Source of the DNA: Candidatus Thorarchaeota archaeon
GTDB lineage: Archaea > Asgardarchaeota > Thorarchaeia > Thorarchaeales > Thorarchaeaceae
Assembly (NCBI GenBank): GCA_048882045.1
Contig: JBHLRZ010000017.1
Coordinates: 10,346-74,345, forward strand
Direction: 5' to 3'
DNA: 64,000 nt
This document shows, in pieces, positions 56,877 through 64,000 of this stretch. The notes beneath the pieces are model-generated. The model had not been told where the DNA came from, ran no database searches, and was given only the letters and a program-made list of their open reading frames with translations. Both the position numbers and the translations under genes were made by a program. How positions within the stretch are numbered: the stretch's first letter is position 1; each line of letters opens with the position of its first letter.

Positions 56877-58104
56877 ATTCGTCAGTGATTCCCCTTTGAA
56901 TCTTCAAAGCAGTTTCTGAAACTGTCTTGTAGCACTGTTTCAACGTAGATCCAATTTCAATTACCGTGCAAATAGGGTCTCCAATGTTTACTATTACTCC
57001 TTTTGGACTTCTGTCTACAGTGTTTAGAAATTGAGATAGGTCTGGGACTTGACCATCTCGCCGTGAATAGACAACCATCTTAACTCCAGCCCGTAGTTTA
57101 GGTTTCTTTGAAGGCAATACACCTTTCACTGCACGAACATGCAACTCTGTCACGGAAACTCCTCCCGCCAGTTCGATCAACTCTAAAGAGCCTTGAATCC
57201 TTGGATTGACCTCCATGAGCCATACCTCTTCGTTCTTGTCTACAACGAAGTCTAGACCCACTGATCCCAAAAGACCCAACTTCTTCGAGATGCTCTCAGA
57301 AACATCAATAATCTTGGATTCAACTTCAGAACCCAACACGATTGGAAGATAGTTACCACAGTAGGCAAATCCGCAATTTCTCCCGGCTGTTGGCATACCT
57401 ATGAGTTGTCCTTGTACGGAAAGTGCTAGTGCGAGGTCTCCAGAGGAGAGTACACTGCAGCTTAAGTCGAATCCACTGACATACTCTTGGACCACACGTT
57501 GCGCAGTTTCTTCGGATTCTTCTCTCTCAGGAAATGCGGTCATAACCTGCTTAACACTTCGAACCAATCGTATTCCACTACCTCCACCTGAATGGGTTGG
57601 ACGCATGACAAATGGGAATTCAAATTCATCAGAATTCTCCAAGATCTCCTCGGGTGAGTCAACAATCCTTCGTCTTGGCATTCTGATATCTTGTTTCTTC
57701 AATAGTTTCTCGAGTCTGTGAAAATCGCGTGCTCTGTTGATCTGGGCCGATGAACACCCCACGAGAACACCCAAATCTTCAAGTGGTTCAACTGCTTCGC
57801 TATGGTCATCGAAACCGCTTCCAATTAAGACCATTTCAAGCTCTCTTTCCTTTGAGAGAAACAGAAGATTGTCTACCAGAGCTTCCGGGAGAGGCATGTC
57901 AAGTGGCTGTCGCTGTCTAACCCCAGGTGTAGGAGTCAATAGAGCAATCCATCTGTCACAACAAGCTGATAGATCGTCATCACCCCAATAGTCGGAGACA
58001 ATCACAGATGCGCCAGCTTGTTTAGCTGACCAGGCAATTGGGCGTGCATTAAATCCTATGACTCCGACACGTTTTCCTTTCAGTGGGGAATCGATTGAAT
58101 CCAT
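56866..58104 (-). CDS. ATP-grasp carboligase (COG2232-like)
   Basis: D(Y)WGD-x-D, GSGFD, SGGGSGI, VQEYVSG, Y-x-GN, EVNPRIQGS, GDPICTV. Confidence 0.85.
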   Translation of the reverse strand: MDSIDSPLKGKRVGVIGFNARPIAWSAKQAGASVIVSDYWGDDDLSACCDRWIALLTPTPGVRQRQPLDMPLPEALVDNLLFLSKERELEMVLIGSGFDDHSEAVEPLEDLGVLVGCSSAQINRARDFHRLEKLLKKQDIRMPRRRIVDSPEEILENSDEFEFPFVMRPTHSGGGSGIRLVRSVKQVMTAFPEREESEETAQRVVQEYVSGFDLSCSVLSSGDLALALSVQGQLIGMPTAGRNCGFAYCGNYLPIVLGSEVESKIIDVSESISKKLGLLGSVGLDFVVDKNEEVWLMEVNPRIQGSLELIELAGGVSVTELHVRAVKGVLPSKKPKLRAGVKMVVYSRRDGQVPDLSQFLNTVDRSPKGVIVNIGDPICTVIEIGSTLKQCYKTVSETALKIQRGITDESTS

Positions 58105-58212
58105 ATGAAGCTCGGAGTAGTAGCCCTGATAAGGACTTTCTTGTTTCTATCTATAGTATTTGCAATGAATAGGACGGAGCGCAATCCTGCAAAGCGTGAG
58201 GAGTGAGGAAAC

Positions 58213-58974
58213 TTGGATCCACACTTGTATGGTAAATATCCGATTGCTTGGATAACCAAAAGCAACAAAGTCATAGAATTCATGAAGGAGCAAAAAAACA
58301 AAGAGATTCTTATCGCTGACTTCGCGTCTGGCGAACACGACAGGGTTCCCTCATTTTTTGTAAAAATCATACATGAATTCCTTGATGAAGGTGTTCAAGA
58401 TACACGGACCACTGTTTACAGTATTGATTTACATGCACTCCGCCTTGATAGCCTTCTTGGGAAGTTGGAGGAATCAGACCTTTTGGAAAGGACAAGAGTC
58501 GTACAGTCTAATCTTGAAACAATGGACAGAAGTGCTTCATTTAGACCAGATTTGAAGACACTGTTATTACAGATACCTGAGGAGTTAACTTGGTTAGACA
58601 GGTCTCTATTGGAGGAGGAGAGAATTCCTGATGAGGCGTTCGACATTGGAGTGTTAAACAATGATGTTGTTGGGTACCTGTTTGAATACTATACTGAATA
58701 CAGTGATGCAACAGTTGCCCTGAAACAGGTGCATAGAACAATCAAGAACGGTGGTCTCCTTGTCGTTTCGAACCCATGTTTACAATATATAATCGACAAC
58801 GTGAAGATCTTGGAGGAGATCGGATTTGAATTCGTTGAGGGATATGATATTGATTTTTCAACAAAAAACATCCTGGAAATTAACAGGAGAACTCCACCAA
58901 AATCAATGAGTAGACTGAACCACTATAGTTTCTTGATTTTTTCGAAAAGTAGTCCATCAAGGATAGAATCATAG
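58213..58974 (+). CDS. SAM-dependent methyltransferase-like protein
   Basis: IADFASG, SIDL, FDIGV, IKNGGLLVV. Confidence 0.7.
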   Translation: MDPHLYGKYPIAWITKSNKVIEFMKEQKNKEILIADFASGEHDRVPSFFVKIIHEFLDEGVQDTRTTVYSIDLHALRLDSLLGKLEESDLLERTRVVQSNLETMDRSASFRPDLKTLLLQIPEELTWLDRSLLEEERIPDEAFDIGVLNNDVVGYLFEYYTEYSDATVALKQVHRTIKNGGLLVVSNPCLQYIIDNVKILEEIGFEFVEGYDIDFSTKNILEINRRTPPKSMSRLNHYSFLIFSKSSPSRIES

Positions 58975-59063
58975 GGAGAAAATATCACTCTCTGAGGTAG
59001 GTTCTCACAAACCTTATACAGAGCAACGCGCAGTAATCAACTACAACGGTTGCAGGGGAACTC

Positions 59064-60650
59064 ATGATGCCTCCGGACAAAAAACTCACTGACAAGGAAA
59101 AATCTGCACTTGATGATGCTTTGAAGGGAGCAGTCCTCTCAGACTCAGAATTAGAGAAAATGGCTGAGGGGGTCGATGAATCAGGTGAAGTTGTTATGCC
59201 CGTCGAAAATGGTGAGGATCTTATTTCAGCAGCAGCATTGGCTCTAGACTTTGTAGAACATCTTGAGACCTCCGCACCAAGGGAACTGACAGGTGATGAG
59301 GATGCTGTCGCTGGCTTTGATGCCCTTTTGAAGAAGCTCGAAACACTTCGAGCTGATATATCTTCACTGCAACGTGGTGTTGTTGGAGTTTTCGCAGCAC
59401 AGCTCCTGACCTTTAGGGGTAATGTTGTTGACTTGAAGACCAGAATCTCAGAGGAGATGGTCGAACGTCTGAGAATGAAGTTCTACAAGGAATTCATTGA
59501 AACTATGTTCGTAGACATCGTTGATAGTGAGTTTTCAGCTCTTGAGAAGGACCTTGTTGATAAGATTGTTGAACAGACTCAAGAAAGATTCAAGGAATTC
59601 GCGCTCAGGGTGAGAGAATCAGAAGTCGACCTGAGACGAACAATAGTAGAACAACAGGACATCGTCAGATCGTTCATGACCAGTCTGGAAGAGGAAACTG
59701 CTGCTCAACGAACTGAACTGGCTGAAAAACAAGCTGAAGTCACAAAGCTTGAGGTGGATGTAAGAACTCTTCAATCACAGATAGACACGACCAAAGCAAC
59801 TGGTGTTGAGCGAGGGGAGTTAGAGCGACGTATTGCGAGTTTGGAAGAGGAAGTAAAAGATCTGAGGGATGATCTGCTCCTGAAGGATGCTCTGGTTGAA
59901 ACACGGACTCGAAACATGGAAGATGCCAGAAAAGAGGTTGAGGAAATCAAAATCGAGCTGAGTGAAGCCCAGAGTCAGATTGAGGTGTACAAGGAAGAAG
60001 CTGCTCTGGCAAAACCACAGACTGAGAAGAGTGAAGCTGAGATAGCCGCCCTACAATCTAAAATCGAACTACTCGATAAGACACTAGATGAAAGACGGAA
60101 GGATGAACAACAAATAGCTACGACAATCAAGGATCTTGAAACCAAGATTGCAGATCTCGAGGGAGACAAGGCCGATGCTGAAAAGGTCGCTCAAGAACGG
60201 TTGGATGAACTTCAAAGCCTATCAGACAAGATAGCAGAAGTCAAGACCATGGATGAGAAGATCCACACTTTGGAACGTGAGGTTAATGATGCTAAGGAAG
60301 CACTCAAAGTTTCTGAGATGCAGAAGGAAGCATTTGAGAAGGCAACCAAACTGGTAGAAAAAGAACGAGACATTGCCCTCGAACAAAGAGATCTGTCTGA
60401 CGAACGAACAAAGAGGTACATCAAAGTTCTTGGAATGGAGGGCAACACCAAGGTGTTGTTACTTGTTGATGAGGTCGGCTCTATCACTTTCACAGAACTT
60501 GGAAAATCATTGGGTGTTCCCAAAGGTCAGGCTATGAAGTGGGCTAGGGAACTTCACAAACTCGGTGTACTCGATATTAGGGATGAAACTGTAAAATCCA
60601 CTCTCCGCAAAATGGATATGAAAGAAGGAGAAGTCAAACTAGACAAATAG
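59064..60650 (+). CDS. Long coiled-coil protein with C-terminal winged helix
   Basis: About 300 aa of E/K-rich heptads, then KVLLLVDEVGSITFTELGKSLGV...ARELHKLGVL; no Walker motifs. Confidence 0.8.
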   Translation: MMPPDKKLTDKEKSALDDALKGAVLSDSELEKMAEGVDESGEVVMPVENGEDLISAAALALDFVEHLETSAPRELTGDEDAVAGFDALLKKLETLRADISSLQRGVVGVFAAQLLTFRGNVVDLKTRISEEMVERLRMKFYKEFIETMFVDIVDSEFSALEKDLVDKIVEQTQERFKEFALRVRESEVDLRRTIVEQQDIVRSFMTSLEEETAAQRTELAEKQAEVTKLEVDVRTLQSQIDTTKATGVERGELERRIASLEEEVKDLRDDLLLKDALVETRTRNMEDARKEVEEIKIELSEAQSQIEVYKEEAALAKPQTEKSEAEIAALQSKIELLDKTLDERRKDEQQIATTIKDLETKIADLEGDKADAEKVAQERLDELQSLSDKIAEVKTMDEKIHTLEREVNDAKEALKVSEMQKEAFEKATKLVEKERDIALEQRDLSDERTKRYIKVLGMEGNTKVLLLVDEVGSITFTELGKSLGVPKGQAMKWARELHKLGVLDIRDETVKSTLRKMDMKEGEVKLDK

Positions 60651-60652
60651 AA

Positions 60653-61000
60653 CTAGAATTCTATTGAACGGTCTCCCCCATTATAGGATGCTAGTATATC
60701 AGACCAGTATTTTGAGAGCTTTGAGAGCGCGTTTGAGTAGTCACTGGCAAGACGGAATTCACCCATCCTCTTTTCTACTAGTCCCACATCTCGCAGTTTC
60801 CGCATGACCTTGACATAGAGACCCCTGCTTTTCAGTTTCAATGTTCCCCATTCTGAGTCATTTACGACTCCATCCTTCTTCATAATAGTATTCAGGATTT
60901 TCGCAGCTTGTTCGACCTGCATCTCAGTAAAGAAGATGTAGCGTAGTAAATGCCGTGGAGAAATGAGTGAGGGTCTTCTGACCAGTTCAATCTTAGCCAT
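60653..61000 (-). CDS. Small winged-helix protein
   Basis: SRGLYVKVMRKLRDVGLVEKRMGEFRLA wing motif. Confidence 0.78.
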   Translation of the reverse strand: MAKIELVRRPSLISPRHLLRYIFFTEMQVEQAAKILNTIMKKDGVVNDSEWGTLKLKSRGLYVKVMRKLRDVGLVEKRMGEFRLASDYSNALSKLSKYWSDILASYNGGDRSIEF

Positions 61001-61048
61001 ATCCGGAACCTGAGTATGAGAACTCAGACCCGAATAAGATTCTGGGTA

Positions 61049-62044
61049 TTACCCCTGTACCCTTGTTGAACTCATGAATACGAGTGGAATTGCCAGTATT
61101 ATTAGGACTCCAATGGAGATCAGAGTCTGCATTACTAGTGAGAATGTTGCTAGTATTGATGGTCCCATAGCCCAGAATGCTACTCCAGTCAATAAACATC
61201 CTAGTAGCGGTATCACCCGATACATCGCCTTGACCCTTCCCAAGATTGCAACCAAGATGAAGAAACCATAGCCAACTGCTGCAAAGGCAATCGCGAGAGA
61301 GAATAGAACTGCCAGGGTTTCATAGAGTCCATAGAATATCCATCCTGCTGTTGGAAACACGTATGCTACAATCAACCAGATTACGTTGAACACCATGATG
61401 AATTTTAGTCCACCAGCTGCGTTTCGAATATCCACATCGGATGGAGCATTTGAGAACATGATAGTCATAGCCAAGAATGCAACAATCCAGAAAATCGGAT
61501 TGATCACTGTAAGTTGACCGACTGTATAAAGGAAAGTATAGACAAAGCTACCAATCTGTGTGATAGGATACATCGCATCCGCGAGGAGTAGTGCATCATT
61601 CTTGACATTGATCAGCTCAGTCAGTAGATCAATCGCATTACTTCCCAGTCCGGGCCTTTCAGGAACAAAGAATGTTGCCCCATATGCAAACAAAACGAGA
61701 AGAATGAGTGAAACTGCTACAGGTGCCAGGTTTATCACTGCATTTTTGAAGCTACTCTGAGGTTTTATGTACTTGACATACCCCAGTACAATTTGGTCTC
61801 CATCTCTCTCAACATTGATTGGTTTGAACTCGACAACCTTTGTTCCAGTAAATTTACACCCCAAGAAATGAGATGACTCGTGCAAGGCTACACCCGGTCC
61901 AACGAGTAAATACCATGAACGAGAACCAGGGTCTCTCGTTGTTCGAAGTAGTCGATGTGAAAGCCACTCTAGGAACCAGCCAAGTCCCCATACCACAAAG
62001 AAAAGAACTACTCCTAGCAGTACGATTGTGAAGTATGCGTTAAT
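61049..62044 (-). CDS. Membrane metalloprotease, peptidase M50B-like; probable ATT start
   Basis: PGVALHESSH (HExxH), LGYV, NLAP, PS-x2-D. The frame is open and hydrophobic upstream of GTG 61996 as far as ATT 62044, which lies 8 nt after GGAGG. Confidence 0.8.
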   Translation of the reverse strand: MNAYFTIVLLGVVLFFVVWGLGWFLEWLSHRLLRTTRDPGSRSWYLLVGPGVALHESSHFLGCKFTGTKVVEFKPINVERDGDQIVLGYVKYIKPQSSFKNAVINLAPVAVSLILLVLFAYGATFFVPERPGLGSNAIDLLTELINVKNDALLLADAMYPITQIGSFVYTFLYTVGQLTVINPIFWIVAFLAMTIMFSNAPSDVDIRNAAGGLKFIMVFNVIWLIVAYVFPTAGWIFYGLYETLAVLFSLAIAFAAVGYGFFILVAILGRVKAMYRVIPLLGCLLTGVAFWAMGPSILATFSLVMQTLISIGVLIILAIPLVFMSSTRVQG

Positions 62045-62069
62045 CCATAATCCCTCCTCTCTTGTGAAA

Positions 62070-62549
62070 TTATTTCATTCCAAGCTCTTTGCGTTTATCT
62101 TCTTCTACTTTTTCCATTTCCCTCGCTTTTATTTCCTCCATTTCACGCGCCTTTTCTCTCTTTGCCTTCTCGACAAGTTTCTCCTTTTCTTTGTCCAGTT
62201 CTTTGAAACGTTTCTCCTTTGTCTTTTTTGCATCCTGAATCCTTTTCTGGATACGCTCAACATCTTTCTTCAGATTCGATCGCGTTTTGTCCTTGTTCTT
62301 CAGAGCTGTCTTGTAGTCTTTGTCAGCAGCTTTCCAGTCTTGCTCTACAGACTTCAGCCGACGGTGCATCTCCTCATATGCTGCCTTCTTCGATCGGGCT
62401 ATAGATTTGTGTTTCTCAATCTCGGCGTCCAGTCGAGAATCAAGTCCTTCCAAGTCCATTTTCAATCTCTGAAGATCAGTTTCGAAATTTCTAATATTGG
62501 AATCAATCTTCTGAACCTTCTTATCCTGTAGATACTCCGGATCAACCAT
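62070..62549 (-). CDS. K/E-rich coiled-coil protein
   Basis: Entirely charged helical sequence with KAREME repeats. Confidence 0.75.
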   Translation of the reverse strand: MVDPEYLQDKKVQKIDSNIRNFETDLQRLKMDLEGLDSRLDAEIEKHKSIARSKKAAYEEMHRRLKSVEQDWKAADKDYKTALKNKDKTRSNLKKDVERIQKRIQDAKKTKEKRFKELDKEKEKLVEKAKREKAREMEEIKAREMEKVEEDKRKELGMK

Positions 62550-62601
62550 CGCAATCGCTGTGTTAATGTCACGTATCTATATCACTCTTATCCATAATCA
62601 A

Positions 62602-63243
62602 TCAGAAGTATTCATCAGCAAACTGATCCATGATAGTTCGTTCAGCTCTTCTCAAACGTTCTTGAACAGCTACCCTCTTGATTCCAAGTTTATCTGCAAT
62701 ACTCTCAATGTCACACTTCCGGGGTATTTCATAGTAGCCTGCTCTGATTGCATGTTCAACAGCGGTCATTTGTTTGACTGTCAGTCCAGAGCTCTGAGTT
62801 CCGCTGGGTGATTGACGGACTCTTAGCAATGTGACTTTCTTGAAATTGTTTCTTAGATTGTCAAACGCGAAACGAAAAGCTGTCTGGTCGGGTGCGAGAA
62901 GCTGATGGATCTGCTTTCCTTCCTCAATTATGATGGGGAGTCTTGACATACAACCACTCTCGAGAATTGTTTCGTGAATTGATTTTGATCTCATCTTGTG
63001 GACTACTTCACTCCAATACGCCTTTGGTGTCTTGTGAGTAATTCTCACTTCAGAAATACTGTCTGACTCCTTGAGTGCTTTGACATACTTGATGAGTGGT
63101 TTCTCATCTTCGGACAGACTAGTGATGATTCCGAATCCCTGTGGTCCATTGAGTGAAATCAGATCGACTCTCACTGGAATCATTCGTGTGAGATCACATG
63201 AGTAGTATCCCTCTGCGATAATCTCTATCTTGGCTTCTATCAT
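62602..63243 (-). CDS. HTH_10 (bacterio-opsin activator-type) transcriptional regulator
   Basis: LT-x2-Q-x5-A-x3-GYYEIPR-x5-IA-x2-LGI...ERLRRAE. Confidence 0.9.
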   Translation of the reverse strand: MIEAKIEIIAEGYYSCDLTRMIPVRVDLISLNGPQGFGIITSLSEDEKPLIKYVKALKESDSISEVRITHKTPKAYWSEVVHKMRSKSIHETILESGCMSRLPIIIEEGKQIHQLLAPDQTAFRFAFDNLRNNFKKVTLLRVRQSPSGTQSSGLTVKQMTAVEHAIRAGYYEIPRKCDIESIADKLGIKRVAVQERLRRAERTIMDQFADEYF

Positions 63244-63316
63244 CCTTATATACACCCGTCGTAAGACGGCACAATTTCTAACTATATTTAGCTATCGTTT
63301 CACCTTGGTGTCAAAG

Positions 63317-64000
63317 TTGAGTGAAACGAAAGCTGGCGAATCCGATGATTCGAGAAAGACAACCATTCTATCTATCCTTCAAGCCTTATTTGTCACAGTC
63401 CTATGGTCATCATCATTCATAATCATAAAGTTCGGACTCGCAGAGATTCCACCGCTGATTTATGCTGGCCTGAGGTATTCCATTGCTTCCTTGATTCTCA
63501 TTGCCATGATAGCATCTCAGTCAGAAATGCGGGATGCAACGAGAGGTAGATCTAGAATGTGGTGGAGAAATCTGGTTATATACGGGATAGTCTTCATAAC
63601 AGCTACTCAAGGAACACAATTCATCGGTCTTTACTATCTTCCTGCAACAACGTTTTCTCTCATTCTTAACATGACTCCGATCATTGTTTTGTTGATGGCG
63701 ATTCCTTGGCTCGGGGAGAAACCAACAGCAACTGAATCAAGTCTGATATTACTTGGAATAATGGGAGTCCTGATCTTCTTCTACCCCCTTGACTTCGTTG
63801 GGATTTCTATCATTGGTCTTGTAATTGGGCTCATCAGTCTCATTTCCAATTCATTTGCATCTGTAATTGGAAGAGCCATTAATCGACCGCGAGATACTCC
63901 AGCACTTGTTGTGACAGGAATCATGATGTCAATCGGGTCAATTGGTCTGATGGTCCTTGCGATTTTGACGGAACCACTTACTCCATTATCTCCCTTATCT
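63317..64000 (+). CDS. EamA/DMT family transporter, partial (runs off the window end)
   Basis: Translated by hand: ...ALFVTVLWSSSFIIIKFGLAEIPPLIYAGLRY...LGEKP; divergent from the HTH_10 regulator. Confidence 0.88.
   Translation, partial: MSETKAGESDDSRKTTILSILQALFVTVLWSSSFIIIKFGLAEIPPLIYAGLRYSIASLILIAMIASQSEMRDATRGRSRMWWRNLVIYGIVFITATQGTQFIGLYYLPATTFSLILNMTPIIVLLMAIPWLGEKPTATESSLILLGIMGVLIFFYPLDFVGISIIGLVIGLISLISNSFASVIGRAINRPRDTPALVVTGIMMSIGSIGLMVLAILTEPLTPLSPLS

Noticed and set aside
1-64000. CRISPR arrays, rRNA, transposases, integrases, reverse transcriptases or prophage genes
   Set aside because: No regularly spaced repeat-spacer array and no ORF with the corresponding motifs was seen.

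Overview
A 64-kb, gene-dense chromosomal segment (roughly 42-44% GC by eye) from an Asgard archaeon, most likely Thorarchaeota. This assignment is inferred from tandem Rab-like GTPases, an EMC3/TMCO1 insertase, TPR/HEAT and long coiled-coil proteins, C-terminally anchored family-5 SBPs and archaeal KaiC/GvpD ATPases. About 60 CDSs are supported. They include a pstSCAB-phoU-phoU operon, corA, pfkA, a geranylgeranyl reductase-like enzyme, a Phr/HSR1-type regulator, an orphan DNA methylase, surface proteins and many tandem paralog pairs. I found no rRNA, tRNA, CRISPR array, transposase or integrase. The most notable signals are: (1) five unusually long, hairpin-rich intergenic regions between 2.6 and 10.6 kb. 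Two of them (about 5765-6075 and 8215-8430, minus strand) look like discrete structured RNAs with anti-Shine-Dalgarno CUCCUCC tracts, each opposite a GGAGG-led micro-ORF, and one lies downstream of three phased Lrp-like operator boxes. (2) A kinase-less signalling module of three receivers, three KaiC/RecA-fold proteins and a TPR protein at 10.6-16.5 kb. (3) A switch-like corA leader. (4) A circularly permuted SBP and a permuted methylase. All structural and regulatory calls are by-eye inferences and need covariation or expression data.
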